A stretch of DNA of 64,000 nucleotides from Vairimorpha necatrix. Its lineage: Eukaryota. Every line of letters starts with the position of its first letter. Position 1 is the stretch's first letter. The stretch is taken from the NCBI GenBank assembly GCA_036630325.1, contig CP142726.1, positions 1,550,001 to 1,614,000 on the forward strand, in the 5' to 3' direction. Made by a program: the position numbers and the translations under genes. The notes under the pieces are model-generated. The model was not told where the DNA came from. It did no database searches and worked only from the letters and a program-made list of their open reading frames with translations. Below, in pieces: positions 50,930-64,000 of the stretch.

Positions 50930-51360
50930 AAATTATGTTTTTTTGAACTTTTAAATTTTTAATTATTCAAGGATGACAAGTATATATATTCAAACACCAA
51001 GAATAAGAATAAAATCATGAAAAAATACATTATTTAAAATGACATAATTTTGATTTCTTTTTTTCATTGATGAAAAGAATTTATACATATTTATAAAAAA
51101 TAAGAAGTTGATAAAAATCATGAAAAAATATTTGTCTAAAATGTCATAATTTCTAATTTTAGAGTTTTGAAATTTTCATATTTAAATGAGGAAAATCCTA
51201 TATACATATATATATACAATAAGACTGAAAAGAAAATCATGAAAAAATAATTAGTCTAAAATGCAATAATTTTGAATTTAAGAGATTTAATTTTAGATTT
51301 TCCAAACTTGACAATATATATACAAATGTAATAAGATGAAGAAGAAAATCATGATAATTA
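50930..51360. repeat. Degenerate tandem repeat, ~105-120-bp unit, about 4 copies
   Basis: AAAATCATGAAAAAATA..T.TCTAAAATG.CATAATTT recurs at ~51011, 51114, 51233 and (partially) 51345. Confidence 0.65.
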
Positions 51361-52161
51361 ACTGAGGAAAATAATCACCCCAAAATAATTCATTACAAAA
51401 GAACTTAGCTATATCATGAAGGCTTGAAAGTAATTATTCTTGACATTTTAAACGACTAACTAATTATTAAGAAGAGATGTATTTGTATATGTATATATAT
51501 TTAAGAAGAGATAATAATTTTGACAAAACAAAAATAATCTGATATTAAAATTCAGAATAAACAGTATTGTAAGTACCAAACTTAAAAAGTAGATTTAATA
51601 TTCTTTGCGATTGAAAAATTATAATTGTATCTATCGCTTGCAAACAAAGTAAAGTTAGTATATATACTAGAGAAACATAAAAAATTAGTTTAATCGTTTA
51701 TTCAAAAAACACTTTATAATACATTGTTTTAGTGATATTTATTCATATAACCGAGCTTAGATGATCTAAGTAATTTTTATTTCGAACTGATTTCCATTAA
51801 TACTACATAATTGAATAATCTATATGTGACGAGTCATTTGCATACTGAGACGTGCCCTGCCCTGAGTATTAGCCATTATTGACTGGCACATAGATAGACT
51901 AAAGAAATCATTGACTTTACTTGGCAAAATGAGCAGGTATATATATATGTAATGTTGACATATAAAGATTTATATAACAAATATTTCTTGTGTTTTAAAT
52001 ATCTCCAAATAGTCATTAGCATTTTACATAAACAAGACACTTTTAGTGAAAGACTAAGAAAAATTAAACATTAAGGATCGAAAAGCGCAGAAAAAAAAGA
52101 ACTTATTAAACAAAACCAAAAAATTCCCTTTTTAGGGCGTAAATTAACTTCGAAGTCTATA

Positions 52162-54906
52162 TGTTGCAGTCAAAGTGTACATTCCAGGCAATGTATACAT
52201 TACCTAGTGAATGTATACATTCACTAAGATTTGTAGTTAAAGTATTCATTGTAACTGAAAGAACACATTACCTAGTGAATGTATACATTCACGAGCTCCC
52301 TCTAGTCAAAGTGTTGTATGTTAAATCCGTAGGTTAAATCGTTAAATTTGCTAGGAAACCTTAAACCTAACCTCTTTATTCGTGATGCACTGTGTGCTGT
52401 TGAATGTTGCTCTATCTGTGCAGTTTGAGAGAGTACACACTGGCTGATTGTTGGATGGTAAGTGAGTTATTTAAATTATATGTGTCCATAGAAATTAATA
52501 ATTTTTAATTATTTTACCCTAAAAATAAAATGGATAAACAACCAATGAAAGATAAATTCTACCAGCACATTAACAATACTCCACAAAAAGCTAACGGCTT
52601 TTGTTGAATACGGAAAGATATGCTCAACTAATAAGTGATGTTAAATCCGCTAAATCAGCTCAGAAAAAAGAAAATCGTCACTTCTGGTTACTAAAACATT
52701 ATGATACAGTGTATGTGAGTAATGTGGATAAACTAATTGCACCAATAGCAGATGAAAAAGTGCTGTATTATGTTTTTGTTGAAGAATTGTTTGAAGTTTT
52801 ATATGAAACTCATTTATCAATTGGACATGGAGGACGAGACAGAATGAAAAAGGAGCTTAACCTTCGCTTTAAAAATATAACAGCACAAGATATTCAAATA
52901 TTTTTAAATAATTGTGAAGTGTGCCTTAAAAAAAGGGCGAATGAAAAGAAAGGCTTGGTGGTTAAGCCAATGGTGTTTTCTCACTTTAATTCAAGATGTC
53001 AAGTAGATTTAATTGACTTCCAATCACAACCAGATGATAATTATAAATTTATATTGGTGTACCAGGACCACTTAACAAAGTTTGTCATTCTAAGACCCCT
53101 AAAGAATAAGACAGCATATGAAGTTGCTGATCAACTCCTTCAAATTTTTTTACTATTTGGGGCACCATCTATTTTGCAATCGGACAATGGCAGAGAATTT
53201 GTCAACCACGTCATTGATGATTTCAAAGGTCTATGGCCTGAATTAAAAATTGTGCATGGAAAGCCCCGCCACAGCCAGTCTCAAGGCAGTGTGGAGCATG
53301 CAAATCAAGATATTGAGAATATTTTAACCGCATGGATGCAACAGAATCAAACTAGTAATTGGAGTAGAGGACTGGGTTATGTGCAGTTTATGAAAAATCG
53401 AGCCCTTCACGCTGGTATAAAGCGAAGTCCTTACGAGGCAATGTTTGGACAACCCGCCAAGGTCGGCCTTACCTCTTCTTCCCTACCACACGAGGCATTA
53501 AGCAGTATAAACAGTGAAGAAGATTTGGAAAATATTCTTAAAAATATCAATTGTAATGAAGAAAGTATCCAGGAAATTACTCAAGTAGAAGTTAATGAAG
53601 AAGAGGATCTAGATCTAGAATCAGATAATCTTCGAGAAGGCGTCAGTGAATGGCTAATGAATGACAAGAAACAGTGTAGTTCATCACATGACAATGAGAA
53701 CCGAAAATGTGATGGATGTGACATTTTACTCAATTCGGAATGCAATAAAATGTGCAATATTTGTAAGTTGCAATCACGCATCAATTATGTTCGAGCAGAA
53801 GCAAAAGAAAACTTGAACAAGCAAGCTAAGCGCATGAAACAAATTTCTGATGCTTCGCATACTCCGGCGGAGGTTGGAATGACAGTTAGAATTAAGGTAC
53901 CGGAAGTTGATAGAGGACGGGGAGATTCACGTGCAGTACTAGGATGTTTATTAACAAAAACTGATGATGATTACTATCAAATCGGAACACGTAATGGTAT
54001 TTTAAAAGGATTATATTCTAGATCTCAATTTAGCGTGTGTCCTGAAAGTATATTAACGCCAAATGATATTGAAAACAATGCAATTGAATTGCCATTACGT
54101 ACTATAGCTACCAAACAGTCGATAGGTAGCGGACAGGGATTTTCCAAATGCCAATGCAAAACAAAATGCGCAACAAAAAGATGTGCATGCTTCAAAGCAA
54201 ATAAATTATGCAACTCCAAATGTCATGGAAGGTTAAATTGTGGAAATAAATAACATTTTTTACTAATTTTACTTATGTTTATGTTTCAAATTATTCTTTC
54301 TTTTATATTGTATTTTTTTGCTTTATATTTATATCTTTTCTAATTTTATGTTTTGTCGCTTTAGTGCAATCATCATAGAGTCAATTATTAATTCATTTTT
54401 TCGATATATTTTATTTAATATTATAACCTATTTATGTTGTTCTAACTTTTGTTCTAATTATTATGTGTTTCAATTTAAAACTAAAATTTTTATTTAATAT
54501 AACCTAGTTTTTACTGTTAAAACTCTATCATTGTGTGTGTTCTAATTTCAATTTCCCAATTCAACATTTATGTTTTAACCTGAATCTAGAACGGCGATCA
54601 TAGTCTTGTGCCTGTAAAAAACTTGTTCCAACTTAATTTTATTTTAAAATTCATCAATTATCGCTTGACTGCAGTTGGTTAGTAACCCTGCTTACATTGT
54701 CTAGATAATACATGCATTCACTAGTTAAAATGTTCATTTTAATAGTGAGTAAACACTTTGACTAGAGGGAGCTCGTGAATGTATACATTCACTAGGTAAT
54801 GTGTTCATTTCAGTTACAATGAATACTTTAACTACAAATCTTAGTGAATGTATACATTCACTAGGTAATGTATACATTGCCTGGAATGTACACTTTGACT
54901 GTAACA
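52162..54906 (+). mobile_element. Ginger2/TDD-type integrase DNA transposon (KRBA2/SCAND3-like)
   Basis: TGT...ACA termini. Near-perfect TIRs at 52162-52315 and 54752-54906 (one mismatch, one indel), each with palindromic GTGAATGTATACATTCAC repeats. 4-bp TSD TATA at 52158-52161 and 54907-54910. Confidence 0.9.
52530..54253 (+). CDS. DDE integrase-like transposase with HHCC finger and C-terminal CXC-like Cys cluster
   Basis: HLSIGHGGRDRM...CEVC; QVDLID, LQSDNGREF, PRHSQSQGSVE; CQCKTKCATKRCACFKANKLCNSKCH. Likely start is CCCTAAAAATAAA-ATG at 52530, which joins ORF 52601-54253 if one T is added to the T4 run at 52599-52602. Confidence 0.88.
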
Positions 54907-57900
54907 TATATATAAAATAAAATAAAATTTATATGATACTAGAAATTCAAAATGCCAACAAAATTTATAAATTTTTACTAAGTTATGTGTAGATATGTTA
55001 AGATGCCAAGTGCTTAATATAAATATACATAATATTCTAAGATATAAAAATCTTGGTAATAAGTTCATATTTATTGCAACAATCATATGTATCTATGTAT
55101 AAAAGAATGAAATACACCGAATCAATTACATGATATATTTTATTCGTACAGACTTAACATAATGAACAAAAACGTATTTTAATAATATAACATAAGATAA
55201 TTTTAAGTTTCTGAGTTATGATAATTTCGATTAATTACTAAAGAAAAAATATTCCCTATGTAAAAAGAATAAACAAATTATTTAGAACCCAATTGATAAA
55301 AATTAAGTATTGTATTCAATTAAATAATTGTTCTCTTTGGCAATATAATAGTTAAAATCTAAAAACAAAATTAGAGAAAATTAAAAAATAAAATTCACGT
55401 TTCATTTATCCTCTAAGAATAGAAAGTCAGTGTGAATATACTATTAACTTTATTCTATAGGACTGATATAGTAATTTTGACTTACAAAACCAAAAATAGA
55501 AGACAAATAATCAGTTATTTAAGATAGTAAAATGAACAAAAGTTGAAAAATAAAGGAAATATAAAGTCAGAAACACGAGATTATAATTATTTGTGCATTT
55601 GAATATAAATAAAATCATTTTTTACAACATATATACAATAGAGTGATATAATTCCGCAATTTAATATTTGATATGTTTAGATTTCATTACGTTAACATTT
55701 TTTTTTAAATTATATAATCTTAACAATGAAAAATTTATATTTTATGATACTATATTTTTTGAATATTCCAGAGGTTAAAATATTTTTCAAATATGGGGTG
55801 AATGATCATTTAAATATAACATTTCTAAAAAATAATTAAATTGATATATTTTTGAATTACACCCCCTAATAGATATACTTTTTGTTTTCATATAATTAGA
55901 CTATCTAAATCATACACAAATCAAATAGAGAAGAGAACGATATATTGTTTAGAAAAGAAAACAAATAAAAAGATTGTAGATCTTAAAATAGTTATAAAAC
56001 TGTACACTAAATCAAAATTATTCTTCACATTAGATATTATACCATGGATTTAATAATTGCAGACATAAATTTTGACTGAACCTTCCTGGGATTGATTTGG
56101 TTGCAAATTAAATTTTTATAAAAAATGCACATATTTTATTTATGTTCTATAAAAAAAGGAAAAGGACTTTATATACACATTATATTACTTTAATAATATT
56201 TTGACACAAAATAAAGTATGCAGGAAACAAATTTACTCGTTTGTTCCTTATTTCTAATTTTTAAAACCAAATTCCGTACACTAATTTTAATTTGGCAGAA
56301 AAACAAATCCCTAGATGAAAGATTATCGAAATGTCGTTTCTTGCAATAAAAATTTTGATGTTTTGTCCAAGACATTCATAATATTAAGGGCGAAAATATA
56401 TATATGCGAGAAATTAATATTTACAAAATAAAAGAATCAATTTCTTTGAAAAAACAGTCCATTATTTATTTTAGATGAATCAATAGCTTCTTCCCCGTGT
56501 AAAGGACAAGGTTTTTATATCATTTTTAAAATAGTAATACTGTCATTATTATTTGTTCGTTCCGTAAATTCGAACCAAATCTTTATCGTATAACAAAACA
56601 CAAGTTTAATGTTTGATAATTTTTGAATTTTAGATTGTATTTAGTACTGTTTATTTAATAGAGATGTATTGTTTTAATAAATATCAGTTGTAGATAAAAT
56701 CTTGACAAGAAATAAATATGAAAATTACCTTATAAAACCTTAATGAAATGCGCTTAATACGTACGATTCAAGTCGAATTAATATAATCAACTTGTTATAA
56801 GTTTAAAACATTATGTTAAGCCGCATGATTCAATGTATCTGTGTAAAATCAAAAATAAGATAAATTCTTAGTAAAAAAATACATTATGTAAAATATAATA
56901 ATTTTAAGTTTTTATATTATTCTATTTTTATTTGAAAATGACAAGAAACGTATCGACAATATAAATATAATACAAGGATCAAAATGATACAAATTTAACA
57001 CACTCTTTAAAAATCAAAAATAACTTGGACTTTATACATAAAACTATCTATGTAGAAATTTTTAAGTTAATAAATTTGAATATAAAACTTGTATCAGCAA
57101 TATATATAGAGTGGATAAAAAAAATATTATGTTCAAAACTAAATAACAAACCGTTTTCTGATACAATTTTATAATAAATAGTGTAATATAAGGAAAATTC
57201 TCATATAGAGTATTAATAAACTGAAACCGAATTTTCTATATAAATTAGAGATGATTATTGTATAAAAAATAATAAGTAATTTTGTATAAAGTAGCTTTTT
57301 ATAATAAATTTTAAAATTATATTTTTTGTAGTAGACACTGAATATGTAGAACATTTTAAAAATATTTATGAGATAAAAATGATATCCAGTCCTTTATATT
57401 TAAGATTAACGTCACTAGAAAAAACATTAAAACCCATCGTTTTTGTACGATGACTTTCTAATTTCGGGTTTTTTGAAAAAAATTTTCGTTCATCGCACGA
57501 AGAAGTTTATTTGGAAATCATTAAAAAATTTTATATAACACTGAGCTTCAAAAAATACAAAAATAGAACTTTACTATTAATGAACAACTTCACTTTCAAC
57601 TAGAAATAAAATTGATGTTTAAATCGACCGTGTTTTAAAAAATAGGCCAGTTTTTTAATAACAAACTCGATGCAGTGTTTAATGAAATTTGTTAATGGTG
57701 AATTAACGACTAGAAGAATTTATCTAGGATCATCTTTTTTTCTTTTATACGATTCTTTATCCCCATTTTCCAAAATTCGAATAACTGGTGATCAAAGAAG
57801 TTTGTAGAAAGCAGGATCGAATTTTAGAAATGTAAAAAGTCGCGTAAAAGATTCATGTAATGATAAGTGACATTTGTGTAAGTATTATGTACATGGTTTT

Positions 57901-58246
57901 TCAATTTAGAATTTTTTTTAAGTATTAGTTTTTTTATCAGCAGTGAATCTTGACGATGTAATATAAAGATAGATAAAAACATATGTTCTGAAAAGAAAAA
58001 ATTTTACAATATGTACGTTCTTTAGTTTGTATGAAAAATCAAATTTTGTTTTAATAATAAATTACCTATGCTAAACGTATGAGAACAAATTCATTGTTAA
58101 CAAAATTCTAAGTAATAGTTTTCTCTTATCTTTCATTGAAAAAAATAAAAATTAGGAAGAGATTAATATTATGAGAAAAGTAGAGAATGTCTAGAAATAT
58201 TATTTAATGAAGGATCATTAACATTTACGAAAATTTTATAACAATC

Positions 58247-58609
58247 TGTGGTGCGAGCTGCCTTCCTGGCCGCTCGGCTTGTTTAAATAGTTTACGTTTG
58301 TATAATTTTTATTGACTCTTTTAGTTTTCATACCTTGGTGAAGGGCTAGAAATTCATCCTTTTATGTTTTATTTCTTATAAATGTCAAGCATGTCAGTTA
58401 TTGGAGGGAAAGCTGGCCTCTTGTACAGCTTTCCATATTCTGACATTATTTACTAGATTAGACATTTTCTTATTCGTCATTTGTTTGTTGACGAAAACGT
58501 ATTTGTTTACGTCTATGACTCGGCTGTAATTGAGATATGACAGACGAGGGGTTCGAGTATTAGAGTCTCACTGGGCTTGTCATAGGGACAGGAAGGATGT
58601 CGTGTGACA
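58247..58609. mobile_element. Solo LTR (363 bp)
   Basis: GC-richer island with TGT...ACA ends, flanked by the 5-bp direct repeat CAATC at 58242-58246 and 58610-58614. Confidence 0.7.
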
Positions 58610-59896
58610 CAATCGAAAAGTGAAATTATTATATAAGAAATTTAGCATATAAATAAATTTGAAAGTTTGTGCATACGGTAATTGATTGCAATTACATATC
58701 TGTCATATAAAGTATATATTGACACTGATTCAGGCGAAGTTCAATATCAGCTTTGAAAGTCTTTATTAGTTAACATTCAACTTTAGATAATATATTAGTA
58801 ATAAATAGATACCAAATTATCATATAAACTGTTTACAGTTATAATTAAGATGAATAAGTAGAACAAAATATTTCAAATGTAAAGTTATAAATAATAAGAA
58901 CATTATATAAATACCAAATTAAAGACTGTCATTCTATTATAATGAATAATTAAATGAGTTTAATAATTAAAAATATTATAAAAACGTATATATGATATAA
59001 ATACTATAAATAAATAAGAATGATTATTTTATATATATATATATATATATATCAGTAAAAATCTAGAATTTTGTATAAATAAAAATATATTTAGAAAAAA
59101 CATGTTGGCCATGTAAAAAAGGTGTGTAGCAATTTGGCTGTTTGTAATGATTTTTACTTTTTTAGAGATAAAGATAATTAAAACAACGGATTATATTACA
59201 ATAAATACTTAATGAAGGATAAATCATCAGATCAAGCCTTGTAGAATTCAAAAATATTTTTTATCGATGTAAGGTTCATATTAATCTTGTCTATTATATT
59301 TAATGAAACTAATCTTTTTGTAATATTTAATTTATATATTTTGGGATCTGAAATTATCTTCATTTAAGGAAAATATTTGAAAAAAAATATTTTAAATATA
59401 TTATAAATAAAAATTATATATTAAAAATTTAAATAAGATAGTTTATAGAGTATAATAAAGAAGATATATATACATTTGAATAAAAATATAATATAATATT
59501 AATACTATTATTTTTGTGTTATATAAAATAAAAAATAGGTTAAACTATCAAATACTCTAAGAAAGTAGAAGCGTACATAAAGATGATTAACAGAGAAGAC
59601 AAACGAAATCATTTCAATAGACTACCGAAAAGATGTGAAGGTTCCGATTTGAAAAGGACTAAGAACCGAGAAGCTGCCCACAAACAGGAGATGCTAACGC
59701 GGAACCTATTCAGAATATACTAGAAATATAAAACACCGTTAGCATATACTGAAATAATTTATTTTTTATAATAGAAAACATAATAGTAATTATGTTGTAT
59801 TTATTTGTAAAGATTATTTATATATATATTATAACAATGGTATTTATTATGTTATTTTCTGAAATAAACTATATTTTTTTATGTTAAATATGAATT

Positions 59897-61872
59897 TGTG
59901 GTATTATTTACCACATTATTATATTTTCCCTCCAAATGAATTTTCTAAAATTTGTTTTTCAATAAATATTTTCTTTTTTTTTTACCCCACCAAAATATGT
60001 CAAGAAGAACAGAGGAGTCTAGAAATCAGCAGTATCAATCAATGCATCCCCAGAAGAGGGAAGATAAAGCCCAAGGAGGCAGATTTAATAGTACAACTTG
60101 CATTATAATAAAACTTTAATACCCGGGAGAAGCATTATAGAATGCTATCTGAGGAGCAGTCATCTCCCGGGTAATACCTCAATGAGCTCATTAGTATTTG
60201 AAAAAAGTAGTAATACTGAGAAACAAAATGATGATGAAGCATATACCACATTTGACAAAACCATAGAAGGAACTACAATAGTTGTTAAAGAAAAAATCGA
60301 AAAATGTAAAACGAGACTTCACCATAAAGCATCTCAAGCTGTTTGAAGAGCTAGGAACGGCCAATAAATGGACTGATAAGCAGGTGGGACTCATCTACCA
60401 TTCTTTGATTGAAGATTCTAAGGTGAAAGATAAGCTAAATAAGATAAGCTTTAAAAAATAAAAAAAAGAACTACTAGAATTTAGATATTCAAAAAATGAT
60501 GTAGCTTTATTATTAACAGAGATGGAAACTGTAAACCCGGCAAATTATAGAAGTATGGCAGATTATTATGAGAAAATGAAGTCGATGATTGAAATATACG
60601 GACTATCTATGAACCTATCGAAAAAGGAATTTGATGTTAGATTGGAACAGATTTTTGAGAGAGGATTAGGCAGATCAACTGCCATTGAAGTTTTAAAATC
60701 AGGAATGAAAACAAGGGAATGAACGAGCTATTAAAATATTCACAAGATCTGGAAGAAATGATTATTTTACAGGCGAAACTGGAAGGGAGACTTTATCATA
60801 ATTTATATCTAAAAAAAAGTATTATGAAAGACCTGAAGAAACAGGAAGATACTTTAAAAGTGATAAGTGGTGCTCTATACATCGAGCAAGATCACATGAT
60901 ACACGAGATTGTCGTCTACGAAAACCAAAAGAAAACGATAGAGAAATAAAAAAGAAGGTAAATCGTTAATGATAAAAAAAATTCCTAACGATGAATTGGA
61001 TGAAAAACATAAAAAAACCGACTGCCTTTTAATTCAGAAACAAAAAGAAAATAAAATCATCAATAAACAAAAATGTATAAATGAAAGAATAAATAATATA
61101 GATAATTGTATTAAAAGAAATTAGAATAAAAATAGACAATCTTCCAGCTAAAGTCTTAACTAATATAGTCGACTTTGTGAAAAGGACAGGAAATACGATA
61201 CCATCAGATGATATATATTCAAAAAATATTAAAATAAATAACAAAGAAAGAAGCAAGCCTCCTGATAAAATTAAAGATAACCATCAACATGTAAAAGATT
61301 TGGCAACATCTAAATATGATGATAGTTATTAGAATAAAAATAAATTAAATCTTAGAAACTTTCAGAAACATTGCCTCAAAAATAAAATGCAGCAGATGCC
61401 ATTTAGCATATGTAGATATGGAGTAAACGGTGAATCTGAGAAGCATAAATATGATAAGTTGAATTCATACCTTGATTTGAGGTTTAAAATATCTAATTTA
61501 GCTATTACTAGGAAACGGCGGAAAGAACTATTTGATGATTTCGGAGGAATCCGTATTCTAATTTGCTGACCCTTTAGAGAAGGTAGTATGTGGTATTATT
61601 TACCACATTATTATAATTTCCTCCAAATGAATTTTCTAGAATTTATTTTTCTATAAATATTTTCTTTTTATTTTTACCCCCACCAAAATATGTCAAGAAG
61701 AACAGAGGAGTCTATAAATCAGCAGTATCAATCACTGCATCCCCAGAAGAGGAAGATAAAGCCAAAGGAGGCAGATTTAATAATACAACTTTAATTATAA
61801 TAAAACTTTAATACCCGGGAGAAGCATTATAGAATGCTATCTAAGGAACGGCCAACTCCCGGTAATACCTCA
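59897..61872 (+). mobile_element. Degenerate non-autonomous LTR retrotransposon (gag remnants only)
   Basis: Diverged ~285-bp TG...CA LTRs at 59897-60181 and 61589-61872. 5-bp TSD GAATT. Purine tract AGAGAAGGTAG before the 3' LTR. Internal 1.4 kb has a broken gag-like frame with WCSIHRARSHDTRDC; no RT or integrase motifs seen. Confidence 0.88.
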
Positions 61873-64000
61873 GAATTAAACATAAAAACAAGAAATAAAT
61901 ATATGACAAATTAATAATTTTGTTTTCTTTATGGAGTATCTACACATCTTATGATTTGGCATGTAGCCTGATCCGAAGTTGAAGTGATGAGTCTAAACTT
62001 ACATAATGATTTATATTATTTGTTTGTTTTGCTGCTCATCGGAATTGTAGGTCAGATGTAAATTCCGTTTAAATAGTCAATCAGATTAACTGTCAAACTC
62101 TTTAAGATGTAATCAAACAAACATGAAACCGAAGTTCTACTGAATTAGTAGTACTTCATGTGACATGCACTTGTCTTACTTTTAGTTTGTGAATGTCAAA
62201 CATGTCTAATGTTTATTTACAATACTCTTAGACGTTTGACAGTACCAATAATCATTGTATAATTATAAACAAGATTCGTCAGTGCAGGTCTGCAGCCTCA
62301 CACATCTGAAGAAAATATTAATATTGTTATTTTGAAAATTATTTCTTGCACAATTTAGTACATTTTTTTTAGAGGTTGCCAACGTATGTATCTGTATAAT
62401 TAATATTTTAAGAAATTTAGATTTATTTGTCTTTTCATATGAGTACGTAAGTATATAATTTGCTGTATATAAAATAATTATGAAACGCATTATGTGCAGA
62501 ATCGACATAAAAATAAAAAATTGAAGTAAAGTTAAACATATTAATTCGGCTTTGGACAAATACGTTAATTAAACGCAATATTTACTTCATTTTGTAAGAT
62601 AAAAACATATTTTTCAAAACAAGTAAATTAGATTCTTTCAAAAAGAAATTAAAACACAATCATTGACTGATTTAATTACAAGAAATTTCTGACACTATAT
62701 ATTAATCATTTAAAACATATATTTAAGTCTAACAATATATTTGTTGAATGAATTAGGACATATTTTTATACAAGAAATAAGATTATAAATCTATCTAAAA
62801 TAATTTAGGTATATGCATAAAAGTATTTAAATAAATGTTAAAATACGCAAACTTGATAAACTAAATACAAAGGTTTCATGGAAGTGTGTAGTAACGATTA
62901 CATCATAAGGACAGTTGTCGAAGTTTACTCTGTCAAATATCCACTAACAACGTTCCAACACACCAATAATACAACAAAAAATACAAAATTTACAATATGT
63001 TTATCCATGCAAAATAATTAACCTTTAACCTACGTGGCTAAAAATTATTACAATAAAAATAAAATATAAAAAACAAGTTTGTATATGAAGGGCAAGAAAT
63101 ATCTATGAAGCAAGTACACAATCATAAAGTTAATAATTCAAAATTTTTAAAGCCTTCTAACTTAAAAGTAGCAAAGTTTTATCTATGAAGAACAAAGAAA
63201 TAAAGGAAAAATAAGAACGAGCATATTGGTTGAAAGAAAAAAATATTTTTAAAACGAAATCTACAATCTATCTAAATTTACAACATAGGTAATAACAAGA
63301 TAATTTAAATTTGATCTTTCGCCTTTTCTTTTGGTATAAGGACGAAAGCAAATAAATAGAATAACTTTTACGATCAAAAATAGAATGTGTAAGAAGTGAT
63401 ACAAATAATATTCATTTATTATAACTAGATAGTAAAGGGATTATAAAGAAAAGATATACATATGATTCCTACAAATTGCTTAGTAAGATAAACACATAAG
63501 AATTGAAAATAAAGATATACGTTCAAGATATTAGATGAAATATAATTTTCTTTTATATTAAAATCTACGCCAAGATAAACAAAAATAAATCCAAATATTG
63601 CATATAGTATAATTTAAATACAATTAAAACAAGCAATGAAGTTTTTAAATTATCTAGAACATAACAGACGATTTCATAAATAAAAATTATACCAAAAAAT
63701 CAACTATATTATCTTTATATTTGACCAATATGTACACTTTATTAAGTATAATAATTACTAATGGTAAAAAAACGAAAACAAATATTATATTTAAATTTTA
63801 AACTAATTTCGATTAACCTCGTATATGACATTTTTTTGGTTTATAGAATTCTAAAGAAGTTTCAGTTATAAAACATTGTAGACTTTTGAAATCGAAGTTG
63901 GTAAAAAACAAATGTCACAAATATAAATTTGTTTTTTACAATCATATTGACCACACAAAAATAGAAATTATGACCAAAAATTCTATAAAATTATTAATAC

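Noticed and set aside
51825-51960. 136-bp TGT...ACA segment flanked by TATA (possible short solo LTR)
   Set aside because: TATA flanks are too common in this AT-rich DNA and there is no second copy in the window.
52455-52600. Splicing from ATG-GTAAGT as a fix for the Ginger frameshift
   Set aside because: None of the nearby AG acceptors places the ATG in the frame of ORF 52601-54253.
61962-62302. GC-richer TGT...ACA segment, possible inverted solo LTR
   Set aside because: No target-site duplication found and only weak similarity to 58247-58609.

Overview
Very AT-rich, gene-sparse eukaryotic DNA. It is most likely from a large-genome microsporidian; this is inferred from intronless genes with a CCC motif just before the ATG and from the Merlin/Ty3/RLE-LINE transposon mix. 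The first ~24 kb holds a co-oriented (minus-strand) array of unrecognised secreted or membrane proteins. Four share a conserved ~150-aa N-terminal domain followed by unrelated low-complexity or repeat stalks, and a fifth has 20-aa repeats and an internal TAG. A 765-aa orphan with a signal peptide lies at 29-31 kb. The rest is dominated by mobile elements: (1) several Merlin (IS1595/ISXO2-like) DNA transposons, including one recent copy with an 8-bp TSD; (2) four 5'-truncated copies of an RLE-type non-LTR retrotransposon; (3) a young 4.0-kb Ty3/Gypsy element with identical 168-bp LTRs, a 6-bp TSD and an ORF that starts and ends inside the LTRs; (4) a Ginger2/KRBA2-like integrase DNA transposon with ~155-bp TIRs; (5) a gag-only LTR element, a solo LTR, fold-back elements and tandem repeats. 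No housekeeping genes, rRNA or CRISPR arrays were seen. Several frameshifts fall in homopolymer runs and may be assembly errors.
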